Below the pieces are notes generated by a model that was not told the origin of the DNA, ran no database searches, and saw only the letters and a list, made by a program, of their open reading frames with translations. The position numbers were made by a program, and so were the translations under genes. From the NCBI GenBank assembly GCA_963740315.1, contig CAVUDP010000001.1:736001-800000 (forward strand): a DNA stretch of 64,000 nt, read 5' to 3'. This document shows positions 10,286 through 20,410 of the stretch, in pieces (position 1 is the stretch's first letter; every line of letters begins with the position of its first letter). This stretch comes from an uncultured cyanobacterium. GTDB lineage: Bacteria > Cyanobacteriota > Cyanobacteriia > Cyanobacteriales > Nostocaceae.

Positions 10286-11071
10286 TTATCTTAATCCCTG
10301 TTCTTTCAAAATCCCATCCGCCCAAACTTTATTCTCTTCACTCAAACTCGGCACAGCTTCTTGATTATAATCAACTACCAAATCATAATCATATATCTCA
10401 TATACTTGATTCAATAGTTCCTGTAAATTAATAACAGGTTCCCTATCACCACTACGTAAAGGTAAACGAAAAGAAGGAATTACATTTTGTAAATTAAAAG
10501 CATATAAATCGGCAAAAGGACGTATATCGCCACGATAAACTAATATCCGATAGTGACTTTGAATATTGTTATCAACTATCGGCATTGGTTCGCCTTTTCG
10601 CAATAAATCAATTTCTACTAAATTTGTACGAGTTTCTAACACTCGTTCGCGTTTTTTTAAGTACTTATTTCTTCCTTTTCTCACACGCTTATTAGTAGGT
10701 GAAAGTATTTCAATTGTAGTTATTAACGCCTCTGTACCTACTTCTCTAACTTCTAAATAACCTTCTTTAATTGTTAAAGGTACTGGAATTCTAACTCTTA
10801 CGGGTTCGGTAGATGGTTCGGCAACTGCTACATTAGTTGTTGTTGAATCATTTGCTGTCTGCCGACTTTTTATAGTTACATCAGGAATACCAACTTGTAA
10901 CGAGTTTTCATCCGTGGTTTCATATGTTCTAACTTCAACTGCAACCCGGTATTTAGGGCGTAATTGAGGTGATAAAAATCTCGCAATTTCACTAATTAAT
11001 AAGTGATGCAATCCTGGAAATAGTTCGGGATGTTCTAAATATGGATTCATTCCCGGAAATGGAGAAGACAT
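10286..11071 (-). CDS. DUF4058 family protein, copy 2
   Basis: Same motifs. True start is ATG 11071 (MSSPFPGMNPYLE); the ORF-track extension overlaps the tail of copy 3. Confidence 0.9.
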   Translation of the reverse strand: MSSPFPGMNPYLEHPELFPGLHHLLISEIARFLSPQLRPKYRVAVEVRTYETTDENSLQVGIPDVTIKSRQTANDSTTTNVAVAEPSTEPVRVRIPVPLTIKEGYLEVREVGTEALITTIEILSPTNKRVRKGRNKYLKKRERVLETRTNLVEIDLLRKGEPMPIVDNNIQSHYRILVYRGDIRPFADLYAFNLQNVIPSFRLPLRSGDREPVINLQELLNQVYEIYDYDLVVDYNQEAVPSLSEENKVWADGILKEQGLR

Positions 11072-11097
11072 TTTTCTATTCCTACATTTAAAATCTT

Positions 11098-11879
11098 TTA
11101 TCTCAATCCCTGTTCTTTCAAAACCCCATCCACCCAAACTTTATTCTCTTCACTCAAAGCTGGAATAGGTTCTTGACTATAATCTATAACTAAATCGTAA
11201 CTTGCTCTTTCGTAAATACCATTAATTCTTGTAAATCTACAACAGGTTCTTTATCTCCTTCGCGCAAAGGTAAAGGAAATTTAGGGATAGTTTGTTTTAA
11301 ATTAAATGGATATAAATCGGCTAAGGGACGTTGTTCAAAACGACTAACTAAAATACTATAATCGCTTTGAATATGATTATCTAAAATATCCATCAATCTG
11401 CCATCTCGCAGCAAATCAATTTCAATTAAGTGCGTTGAACTTCCTAACACTTGTAAGCGTTGTTTATCATAAATAGTACGCCCTTCACCGGAACGTTTAT
11501 TTTTAGGAGAAAGCACTTCAATTACAGTTACAACTTCTTTTGTATTTACGTCTCGTACTTCTAAATAACTTTCTCTAACTGTTTCCGGCATGGGAAGTTT
11601 AACTGTTATTGGCTCAACAGCCAGAGCAGCAACAGCAACGTTTCCTGTCTCGGATTTACTTTCGGTTTGAGTTTTTTGTACTGCAACATCAGGAATACCT
11701 ACTAAAAGTGAATCTTCACCATTTGCTCTATATACTCTTTGTTCGATCGCAACACGATATTTTGGACGTACTTGCGGATTTAGCGCATCAAATATAGCAA
11801 CTATTAACAAACTATGAATTTCACGCCACAATGCAGGGCTTTCTAAATAAGGATTCATTCCCGGAAATGGATGTGACAT
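11098..11879 (-). pseudogene. DUF4058 family protein, copy 3, frameshifted near the 3' end
   Basis: After ..DLQEL, apparent loss of 4 nt (~11222) shifts the frame. The conserved tail GIYERASYDLVIDYSQEP...WVDGVLKEQGLR* continues in another frame to TAA 11098. Confidence 0.85.
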
Positions 11880-12004
11880 TTTTTAACCTCTCTAAAAAAA
11901 ATCTTCCTCTGCGCTCTCTGCGGTTTAATAATCCTTACTTTTAATAATAGATAAAAACAAATATTATTTCGATAGGAGGTTGGTTATGTTACCAAAATCC
12001 TGAT

Positions 12005-12030
12005 GAGACGTAGCAGTGCTACGTCTCTAC
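12005..12030. repeat. REP-like palindrome GAGACGTAGCAGTGCTACGTCTCTAC
   Basis: Perfect 11-bp arms with terminal CTAC, just 3' of ubiD. Confidence 0.75.
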
Positions 12031-12044
12031 ATTATTAATTGGTT

Positions 12045-13553
12045 CTATTTCATATCGTAGCCAAATAAATTAACGTCAACTTCTCCTAATTTCAAATCAT
12101 CTAAACCGTATTCAGCCCATCTCCTTTCAACCATCGCGGCTACTTCGTCATCGGATTCTAATGGCGCACCCCATTCGTGTTCGGTTTCTGGCGGCATTTT
12201 AGTGGTTGCGTCAATTCCCATTCTTCCCCCCAAGCCCAACTTCTCGCTGGCAAAGTCTAAGGTGTCAAATGGCGTATCTGGCAAAATAAACACGTCTCGC
12301 GTGGGATCTACTTTGGAGCTTATTGCCCATACAACTTGACGCGGATCGCGAATGTTTATATCTTTATCTACTACAATTACGAATTTGGTATAGGTAAATT
12401 GCGGTAAAGCGCTCCAAAATGCTAAAGCTGCCCTTCGCGCTTGTCCGGGATATGCTTTATCTATAGATATTATCGCCGCTTTGTAACTTAAGGCTTCCAT
12501 TGGTAGGAAGAAATCGACGATTTCCGAAACCTGCTGTCGGAGAATTGGGGTGTAAATTCGGTTGAGTGCGATCGCCATCATGGCTTCTTCTTTAGGTGGA
12601 CGACCGCTAAATGTAGTTAAATACACTGGATCTTTGCGGTGTGTCACGCATTGGAAGCGCACTAAAGGCGAATCTTCAACGCCGCCGTAATAGCCCATAT
12701 GGTCGCCAAATGGCCCATCCGGAAGTACTTCCCCTGGGGTAATGGTTCCTTCTAAAACAAATTCGGAGTCTGCGGGTACTTCTAAATCAACGGTTTTGCA
12801 TTTCGCTAAACTGACACCAGAACCACCGTATAAACCCGCAAACAGCCACTCGGATAAATCTACTGGAATTGGTGTTGCTGCCGCCATGATAATTAACGGA
12901 TCGACACCTAAAGCAATTGCTACCTCTAACTTTTTACCATTCTCAGCAGCTTTGCGTAAATGTCTTGCTCCACCGCGCACTGATAGCCAATGTACGGTCA
13001 TGGTATTGTTAGATTGCAGTTGTAAGCGATACACGCCGACGTTTGGCGTGCCGGTTTCGCAATCTTTAGTAATTACTAAACCTAAAGTAATAATTTTGCC
13101 TGCGTCACCGGAATAAGGGCGAATCAAAGGTAATTTATTTAAATCTAAATTATCGCCTTGCACCACAACTTGTTGACAAGCAGGGAAAAAATCTCTTCCC
13201 GGTTTTGCTTTCACAACATCAAATAAAACCTTACCAAAATCAACTGCTTGAGAAATCTTTTTCGGTGGCTTTGGCTGCTGCAACATCGCCAACTTTTTCC
13301 CCAGAGTTTCCAATTCCTGGGGATGTTCCATATTCATAGCCCAACAAATCCTTTGCACGGTGCCCATTAAGTTCACCGCTACAGGAAAATCAGCACCTTT
13401 GACATTTTCAAAAATCAAACCGGGGCCACCTTTTTGCAGCATCCGATTAGAAATTTCCGCAATTTCCAACTCAGGATCGACTAAAGCAGTAATACGCTTT
13501 AACTGTCCCCTTTCTTCCAAAATTTTGATAAATCCCCGTAAGTCTCTCGCCAT
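12045..13553 (-). CDS. ubiD: UbiD-family (4-hydroxy-3-polyprenylbenzoate) decarboxylase
   Basis: DLRGFI, NVGVYRLQ, DGPFGDHMGYY, GRPPKEE, DTLDFAS, MGIDAT. Confidence 0.95.
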   Translation of the reverse strand: MARDLRGFIKILEERGQLKRITALVDPELEIAEISNRMLQKGGPGLIFENVKGADFPVAVNLMGTVQRICWAMNMEHPQELETLGKKLAMLQQPKPPKKISQAVDFGKVLFDVVKAKPGRDFFPACQQVVVQGDNLDLNKLPLIRPYSGDAGKIITLGLVITKDCETGTPNVGVYRLQLQSNNTMTVHWLSVRGGARHLRKAAENGKKLEVAIALGVDPLIIMAAATPIPVDLSEWLFAGLYGGSGVSLAKCKTVDLEVPADSEFVLEGTITPGEVLPDGPFGDHMGYYGGVEDSPLVRFQCVTHRKDPVYLTTFSGRPPKEEAMMAIALNRIYTPILRQQVSEIVDFFLPMEALSYKAAIISIDKAYPGQARRAALAFWSALPQFTYTKFVIVVDKDINIRDPRQVVWAISSKVDPTRDVFILPDTPFDTLDFASEKLGLGGRMGIDATTKMPPETEHEWGAPLESDDEVAAMVERRWAEYGLDDLKLGEVDVNLFGYDMK

Positions 13554-13597
13554 TGTATATAAAGATATTTGAAGCGTTATTTATATTATCAACTAAG

Positions 13598-13639
13598 AAT
13601 GGGTAATGGGTAATGGGTAATTGGTAATTGGTAATGGGT
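13598..13639. repeat. STRR heptamer array (AATGGGT/AATTGGT x6)
   Basis: Read directly. Confidence 0.9.
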
Positions 13640-13702
13640 GATGTTATTTTTTGGTTTATTTTGGGAATTATAGAGATGTTGTTGTAATTTTAAGAATATA
13701 TT

Positions 13703-14068
13703 TTGGCAAAACCTGATTTTGAGAATTTAATAGTTTATCAGTTAGCTGAGAAGTTGGCTAATGAAATTTGGAATATTATTCAAAAGTGGAATTATTTTGA
13801 AAAAGACACAGTTGGTAAACAAATAGTTCGTTCGGCTGATAGCGTTTGTGCGAATATTGCAGAAGGGAGAGGGCGTTTTCATTATCAAGATAATCGTCGC
13901 TTTGTAAGAATCGCGAGAGGCTCTTTATATGAAACTATCTGTTTTTTAAGATTAGCTTATCTCAGAAAACTGTTAACTAAAAAACAATCATTAAAACTTA
14001 AACCAATAATCGATGAACTATCACCCAAACTAAATGCTTACTTAAATTCAATAGGTAATAGTAAATAG
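13703..14068 (+). CDS. Four-helix bundle protein (23S rRNA IVS / Avd-like family)
   Basis: FENLIVYQLA, QIVRSADSVCANIAEG.GR, FVRIARGSLYET. Confidence 0.92.
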   Translation: MAKPDFENLIVYQLAEKLANEIWNIIQKWNYFEKDTVGKQIVRSADSVCANIAEGRGRFHYQDNRRFVRIARGSLYETICFLRLAYLRKLLTKKQSLKLKPIIDELSPKLNAYLNSIGNSK

Positions 14069-14220
14069 CTTTATTACCCACTACCAACTACCAACTACCC
14101 ATAATATACCTCAGATATCAAATTTTTAAATTTTCCTCCTGGATGTGGTGGTAGCAAAATTAAAAAGCCAAAATAGAATATATAGGCTCAATGACGGAAG
14201 CCTAACATTCTACATGGAGC

Positions 14221-17200
14221 GTGCTATCAGTGGTATTACAGGTTGAAAAAGACATCTACGAAGCGAAAACTCAGGAAATCGCGAAGCAGCTATTAAGCGC
14301 AACTGGCGAAAATCGTTCTTTATTCTCGGCTTTGCGCGATCAAATGCGCCCAGATGATAAGTTATTAGCATGGGCGATGAGCAATCCTGGTTTGCGGGTG
14401 CAGTTATTTAGATTTATCGATACTCTCCCCGCTTTGAGGAGTAACCCAGAAATTGCCGCGCATTTACAGGAATATCTCGGCGATGAGTCGGTAGAATTGC
14501 CTGCGGCGTTGAAGGGGATGTTAAACTTTGCAAATCCCGATTCTGTACCGGGGAAAGTTGCTGCGACAACGGTTTCTAAAAGTGTGGAAACTTTAGCTCA
14601 TCGATATATAGCTGGCGAAAATATCAAGCAAGCTTTAAAAAGTATCGAAAGACTGCGTAAAGATAAGATGGCTTTCACCGTGGATTTATTGGGTGAAGCG
14701 GTGATTACGGAAGTTGAAGCGCAGTTTTATTTACAGCGATATACGGATTTAATGGCAGAATTAGCGGCAGCTTCCAAAAGTTGGAAGAATGTGGCGTTAA
14801 TTGATGAAGCTGATGGGGAAGCGTTACCGAAGGTACAGGTTTCGGTAAAGTTGACGGCTTTTTATTCGCAATTCGATCCTTTAGATGATAAAGGTAGTGA
14901 AGAGAAGGTGGTTTCTCACATTCGTACTTTGTTGCATCGTGCGAAAGAGTTGGGTGTTGCCATCCACTTCGATATGGAGCAGTATATTTACAAGGATCTT
15001 ACCTTTAATATTCTGAAAAAGCTGTTGATGGAGGAAGAGTTTAAACAGCGCACAGATATTGGGATAACGATTCAAGCTTATTTGAGAGATAGCGAAGAAG
15101 ATGCAACTCGTTTGATTGAATGGGCGAAACAGCGCGGCAATCCAATTACAATTCGCTTAGTAAAAGGCGCATATTGGGATCAAGAAACCATTACAGCAGA
15201 GCAAAAACATTGGAAACAGCCAGTTTACAACGATAAAGCCGCGACAGATATTAACTTTGAGAAAATCACTCAATTATTGCTAGAAAATCATCAATATATA
15301 TATGCTGCCATAGGAAGTCATAATGTACGATCGCAAGCAAAAGCGATCGCAATTGCTCAAAGTTTGAATATTCCCCAGCGCAATTTTGAAATGCAGGTGC
15401 TTTACGGCATGGGGGATAAAATTGCGAAGGCTTTGGTTGAGCAAGGTTATCGCGTGCGGGTTTATTGCCCTTATGGCGAGCTATTACCGGGAATGTCCTA
15501 TTTAATCCGGCGTTTGTTGGAGAATACCGCCAATTCTTCCTTTATTCGGCAGGATATGGAAAATCGTCCCGTTGAAGAGTTGATTTCACCTCCGGTTGTA
15601 GAAGATAAACAAGAAACTTCTTCCCCCCCATCCCCCCCTCTCCCCCTCTCCCCCTCCTCCTTCCATCCTGCTGCCGATAGCGATTATGCAATGGAAGAAT
15701 TAAGAACAAAATCTCAAGCTGCTTTTGAAACCGTTAAAAAGGAGCTTGGGAAAACTTATTTACCTTTGATTAATGGGGAATACGTAGAAACTGACGAGAA
15801 AGTTGATTCGGTTAATCCTTCTAATTATTCCCAGGTGGTAGGTAAAGTTGGTTTAATTAATGTCGAGCAAGCTGAAACTGCGATGCAAGCGGCGAAAACG
15901 GCGTTTAAAACTTGGAAGAAAACCTCTGCAAAACAACGCGCTGACATCATCCGTAAAGCTGGCGATATCATGGAGCAACGCCGCGCTGAATTATCGGCTT
16001 GGATTGTTTTAGAAGTTGGTAAACCAGTAAGGGAAGCGGATGCAGAAGTAAGTGAAGCAATTGATTTTTGTCACTATTATGCTGCGGAAATGGAGCGGTT
16101 AGACGAAGGTTACAATTACGACGTAGCCGGGGAAAATAATCGTTATATTTACCAGCCTCGCGGAATTGCCGTAGTTATTTCACCTTGGAACTTTCCCTTT
16201 GCGATCGCAACTGGTATGACTGTCGCTGCTTTGGTAACTGGCAACTGCACTTTACTCAAACCTGCGGAAACTTCTGCGGTAATTGCAGCGAAAATAACCG
16301 AAGTTTTGGTAGATGCGGGAATACCAAAGGGTGTGTTTCAATATGTCCCCGGAAAAGGTTCTGTTGTCGGCGCTTATTTGGTCGATCACATCGAAACTCA
16401 CGTTATAGCTTTTACTGGCTCTCAAGAAGTAGGCTGTAAGATTTACGCAGATGCGGCAGTTTTAAAACCCGGTCAAAAGCATATGAAACGGGTAATTGCC
16501 GAGATGGGAGGCAAAAATGGGATAATCGTTGATGAAAGTGCAGATTTAGACCAAGCCGTTGTCGGTGTGGTGCAGTCAGCATTCGGTTACAGCGGACAAA
16601 AATGCTCGGCTTGCTCTAGGGTAATCGTTGTAGAAAGCGTTTACGATACTTTTATCAACCGTTTTGTAGAAGCAACAAAATCCCTTAATATTGGAGAAAC
16701 AGAACTACCACAAACTCAAGTAGGACCTGTAATTGATGAAAAATCTCAATCCAGAATCCGCGAGTATATCGAAAAAGGGAAAGCAGAAGCCGAAGTTGCA
16801 TTAGAAATGTCTGCACCAGAAAACGGATATTTTGTTGGTCCGGTAATCTTTAGTAATGTTCCAGCAGATGGGATAATTGCACAAGAGGAAATTTTTGGTC
16901 CTGTAGTTGCAGTAATTAAGGTAAAAGATTTTGCTGTTGCTTTGCAAGTTGCCAACGGTACCAACTACGCTTTAACCGGGGGACTTTATTCTCGAACACC
17001 TTCCCATATCGCACAAGCTCAAGAAGAATTTGAAGTTGGAAACTTGTACATAAATCGTACCATCACCGGCGCGATCGTTTCCCGTCAACCCTTCGGTGGC
17101 TTCAAACTTTCCGGAGTCGGTTCAAAAGCAGGAGGTCCCGATTATCTACTACAATTTTTAGAACCCCGTACTATCACCGAAAACATACAGCGTCAAGGTT

Positions 17201-17226
17201 TCGCGCCAATTGAAGGAGCGGATTGA
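14221..17226 (+). CDS. putA: Bifunctional proline dehydrogenase / L-glutamate gamma-semialdehyde dehydrogenase
   Basis: DLLGE, IRLVKGAYWD, YLIRRLLEN (PRODH); SPWNFP, AEMGGKN, GQKCSACS, EEIFGP, PFGGFKLSG (ALDH). Confidence 0.96.
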   Translation: MLSVVLQVEKDIYEAKTQEIAKQLLSATGENRSLFSALRDQMRPDDKLLAWAMSNPGLRVQLFRFIDTLPALRSNPEIAAHLQEYLGDESVELPAALKGMLNFANPDSVPGKVAATTVSKSVETLAHRYIAGENIKQALKSIERLRKDKMAFTVDLLGEAVITEVEAQFYLQRYTDLMAELAAASKSWKNVALIDEADGEALPKVQVSVKLTAFYSQFDPLDDKGSEEKVVSHIRTLLHRAKELGVAIHFDMEQYIYKDLTFNILKKLLMEEEFKQRTDIGITIQAYLRDSEEDATRLIEWAKQRGNPITIRLVKGAYWDQETITAEQKHWKQPVYNDKAATDINFEKITQLLLENHQYIYAAIGSHNVRSQAKAIAIAQSLNIPQRNFEMQVLYGMGDKIAKALVEQGYRVRVYCPYGELLPGMSYLIRRLLENTANSSFIRQDMENRPVEELISPPVVEDKQETSSPPSPPLPLSPSSFHPAADSDYAMEELRTKSQAAFETVKKELGKTYLPLINGEYVETDEKVDSVNPSNYSQVVGKVGLINVEQAETAMQAAKTAFKTWKKTSAKQRADIIRKAGDIMEQRRAELSAWIVLEVGKPVREADAEVSEAIDFCHYYAAEMERLDEGYNYDVAGENNRYIYQPRGIAVVISPWNFPFAIATGMTVAALVTGNCTLLKPAETSAVIAAKITEVLVDAGIPKGVFQYVPGKGSVVGAYLVDHIETHVIAFTGSQEVGCKIYADAAVLKPGQKHMKRVIAEMGGKNGIIVDESADLDQAVVGVVQSAFGYSGQKCSACSRVIVVESVYDTFINRFVEATKSLNIGETELPQTQVGPVIDEKSQSRIREYIEKGKAEAEVALEMSAPENGYFVGPVIFSNVPADGIIAQEEIFGPVVAVIKVKDFAVALQVANGTNYALTGGLYSRTPSHIAQAQEEFEVGNLYINRTITGAIVSRQPFGGFKLSGVGSKAGGPDYLLQFLEPRTITENIQRQGFAPIEGAD

Positions 17227-17229
17227 TGT

Positions 17230-17440
17230 AGAGGGGGGGATGGGGGGATGGGGAGATGGGGGAGAGCTCTTGAGGCAGATGAGGCAGATGAGGCAGATGA
17301 GGCAGATGAGGCAATTAATTTTTTTTTACAAGAAAACTAATTATTTATTTTCTTCCTCCGCTTCCTCCGCTCCCGGAGCTTCCTCCGCTTTCTTAACTCC
17401 TCACTCCTAACTCCTAACTTTCCTCCCCTCTCCCCCTCTT
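17230..17440. repeat. Composite repeat: G-rich tract, (GAGGCAGAT)x~5, TTCCTCCGC repeats, CTCCTAA and C-rich tract
   Basis: Read directly, 3' of putA. Confidence 0.85.
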
Positions 17441-17634
17441 TTTCTACAGTTAAGAAGTTAATTAAAAATAGTATAATTACTGATTGTTTTTCATAAAGTG
17501 TTAAATTATTATCTGATTGTATTTCCGTGTTTTGCAGGGTAAATACAGACGAATAAAAGTATATATTATGATTCTTTAGCGGTTAGCGTTGTTAATCGCG
17601 TAAGTCATATAGTAGTAACATTAAAAAATTAAAT

Positions 17635-18297
17635 ATGCAAAGTGAAATTCGCTATAAGCCAGCTTTTGCGGCTATTTTTGTGACGTTGAAACCTGGGGAT
17701 GCCATTATTGCTGAAGCTGGTGCGATGACTAGTATGGATGCTCAATTATCGATGACTACTGAGTTTTCGGGGGGTTTTTTCTCTGCTTTACTCAAAAAGT
17801 TTTTTGGTAATGAGTCGTTATTTGTGAATAAATTTGTTAATAACACTAATAAACCTCTGCAATTAGTACTCAGTCAAGCGGTAATTGGTGATATAGAACA
17901 AATTAATCTTGATAACCAAGAAATCTATTTACAAGCAGGTGCTTATATTGCATCGACTCCCGATGTCAAAATAGGAGTCAGATGGGCAGGATTTAGCAGT
18001 CTGATAGCTGGGGAAGGATTATTCAAGCTGAAGTTGAGCGGAAGAGGGCAAGCTTGGTTTGGTGACTATGGTGGTATTTCTAAGAAAATGGTGAATGGTG
18101 ATTTTGTAGTTGATAACAACCATTTAATCGCTTATGAAGCTGGACTTAGTATGAAGATTAAGCTTTCAGGAGGCTTATTAAGTTCTCTAACTTCAGGAGA
18201 AGGATTAGTTAATCAACTTTCTGGTAAAGGAACAGTTTATCTTCAGTCTCGCAGCATTAATGGTTTAGTTAGTTACTTAAAACCCAAAATAAAATAG
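17635..18297 (+). CDS. TIGR00266 / AIM24 family protein, copy 1
   Basis: IAEAGAM, ESLFVNKF, GEGLF, VVDNNHLIAY, SGEGLV, YLQSR. Confidence 0.9.
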   Translation: MQSEIRYKPAFAAIFVTLKPGDAIIAEAGAMTSMDAQLSMTTEFSGGFFSALLKKFFGNESLFVNKFVNNTNKPLQLVLSQAVIGDIEQINLDNQEIYLQAGAYIASTPDVKIGVRWAGFSSLIAGEGLFKLKLSGRGQAWFGDYGGISKKMVNGDFVVDNNHLIAYEAGLSMKIKLSGGLLSSLTSGEGLVNQLSGKGTVYLQSRSINGLVSYLKPKIK

Positions 18298-18364
18298 TTC
18301 GATCGCTAATAATACGGCACATACAGGGAATTTTTATCCTTTAACAATTATTAATCAGAAACCA

Positions 18365-19048
18365 ATGGACGTTAAATTATTGCATCAACCAGATAGCGCG
18401 ATCGCTCATGTTACCCTCGATGCTGGGGAAGAGTTAGTAGCTGAAGCTGGCAGTATGATTGCCATGAGTGGCTCAATCAACACCAGCACCACTATGCGGC
18501 AAGGTAAAGACAGAGGAATTATGGGTGGACTCAAGCGTATGCTTGTTCAAGAGTCTCTATTTTTGAGTGTTTTTCGTTCTCCAAATAATGGAGGAGAAGT
18601 CTTTCTTGCACCATCTTTGATGGGTGATATTTGCGTTTATGAAGTAACGGGTAACGAATTAATTGTTCAAGCAGGTTCTTATCTAGCTAGTACTAAGAAT
18701 ATTGATATTGATATAGATTTTCAAGGCTTTAAATCTTTCTTTTCAGGAGAAAGTGTACTTTGGTTAACTGTTAATGGTTATGGCAAAGTTTTGCTTTCCT
18801 CTTTTGGCTCCATTTATGAAATACCAGTTGACGGAGAATATATAGTTGATACAGGTCATATTGTTGCCTTTGAAAAAAGCTTAAGTTTTTCAATTGCTAA
18901 GCCTGGTTCCAGTTGGTTAAGTGCATGGTTAGGAGGAGAAGGGCTAATTTGTAGATTTAGAGGACATGGTAAAGTTTACTGCCAAACTCATAATAGTACT
19001 GCCTTTGGTTCCTTAATTGGTTCGCAGTTACCTCCAAGAAAAAAATAA
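18365..19048 (+). CDS. TIGR00266 / AIM24 family protein, copy 2
   Basis: VAEAGSM, ESLFLSVF, VDTGHIVAFE, GGEGLICRFRG. Confidence 0.9.
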   Translation: MDVKLLHQPDSAIAHVTLDAGEELVAEAGSMIAMSGSINTSTTMRQGKDRGIMGGLKRMLVQESLFLSVFRSPNNGGEVFLAPSLMGDICVYEVTGNELIVQAGSYLASTKNIDIDIDFQGFKSFFSGESVLWLTVNGYGKVLLSSFGSIYEIPVDGEYIVDTGHIVAFEKSLSFSIAKPGSSWLSAWLGGEGLICRFRGHGKVYCQTHNSTAFGSLIGSQLPPRKK

Positions 19049-19102
19049 TTAAAACCAAAGTAAAAACGCTAATTTAAACCCAGATTCAAAATAATAAATA
19101 AT

Positions 19103-19807
19103 ATGAGCAATATTGCATACAAAATAGCCCATTCTCCGGCTTATGCTTTTCTACGCTTAGACTTACATACCAATCAAAAAGTATTGGTAGAAGCTTCAGC
19201 AATGGCTGCGATGGATAGCAACTTAAAAATGAAATCGAAAGTTCGGGGTGGATTAATCAAGGGAATCGGTCGCATGATGGGCGGCGAATCTCTTTTTACC
19301 AATGAGTTTACTGCTGAAAAGAAACCGGGACAAATTTATATTTCACCTGGAGTTCCCGGAGATATTAAGCATTATTATCTGACTGGTGAATGCGGTTTAT
19401 TAGTACAATCTTCTGGCTTTGTAGCTTGTAGCCCCACAGTAGAAGTTGATACTAAATTTCAAGGTTTTCGTGGCTTTTTTAGTGGAGAATCTTTATTTTT
19501 ATTACGAGCAATCGGGCAAGGAGATTTTTGGTTTAGTTCCTATGGAGGAATTATAGAAATTCCAGTATCTGGAGATTATGTAGTTGATACTGGTTATATT
19601 GTTGCATTTGAAGACACTTTAGATTACGACGTAGAGATTTTAAGTGGCTTATCTTTTAAAGGTTTAAAAACAGGAATTTTGGGAGGTGAAGGATTAGTTT
19701 GTCGTTTGCGAGGTGAAGGACGTTTATGGGTACAATCACGCAACCTTTATCCTTTACTGAATTTTTTATATCCTTTCCGTCCCGTTAAATCAGAAAGCAG
19801 CAGTTGA
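19103..19807 (+). CDS. TIGR00266 / AIM24 family protein, copy 3
   Basis: GGESLFTNEF, FFSGESLF, VDTGYIVAFE, GGEGLVCR, VQSRN. Confidence 0.9.
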   Translation: MSNIAYKIAHSPAYAFLRLDLHTNQKVLVEASAMAAMDSNLKMKSKVRGGLIKGIGRMMGGESLFTNEFTAEKKPGQIYISPGVPGDIKHYYLTGECGLLVQSSGFVACSPTVEVDTKFQGFRGFFSGESLFLLRAIGQGDFWFSSYGGIIEIPVSGDYVVDTGYIVAFEDTLDYDVEILSGLSFKGLKTGILGGEGLVCRLRGEGRLWVQSRNLYPLLNFLYPFRPVKSESSS

Positions 19808-19931
19808 AAAGGTGTAAAAGTTTAATTACCTCAAAGTTAAAAATTAGTAGTTTTGCTCATTGCTAAACACTGGTTACGATATATACTTTTGTCTAATAGG
19901 TAAATAAAATAAAAGTATAATATCATCCTCT

Positions 19932-20350
19932 GTGTCAACAGTTTACCGCAAAGGTACAGTAGAGCGGGAAGTGGCTTCGGGAAGTGCTTTGACAGATAAA
20001 CCCTTAATCGTTATTGTTAATAACGCTACAGCTAGTGGAGCAGAAATTCTCAGCGCAGCATTGCAGGAAAACAATAGAGCGATTTTAATAGGTACCAAAA
20101 CTAATGGTTACAATACAATCCAATCAATCCATTCTCTTGATGATGGCTCTGGTTTGGCTGTAACTGTAGCAAAGTGGCGCACTCCCAAAGCACAAGATAT
20201 TAACAATTTAGGAATTTCTCCCAATGTCGTTGTGAATTTAACTACTTCTCAACAACTAACCATGATTCAAAACCGTTCTTTTGGCACAATGGCAATCCTC
20301 AGTTTTCTAAAGCTGTAGAAAAACTTACCCAATTAGCACGAAAAAAATAA
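19932..20350 (+). pseudogene. C-terminal fragment of an S41 (CtpA-like) carboxyl-terminal protease
   Basis: TDKPLIVIVN..TASGAEIL..ALQEN.RA.LIG, DGSGLAVTVAKW.TP. No PDZ or N-terminal part. A 1-nt frameshift near 20293 separates the tail PQFSKAVEKLTQLARKK*. Confidence 0.8.
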
Positions 20351-20410
20351 TTTAAAAAACGTCTTTTCTCAGCACTTTGGTGCATAGCTCAACCCAAACT
20401 ACAACCACAA

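Noticed and set aside
11072..11137. N-terminal extension of DUF4058 copy 2 in the ORF track
   Set aside because: It is an off-frame reading of the displaced 3' end of copy 3.
13703..14068. Diversity-generating retroelement suggested by the Avd-like gene
   Set aside because: No reverse transcriptase and no template/variable repeat pair differing at adenines was seen in the window.
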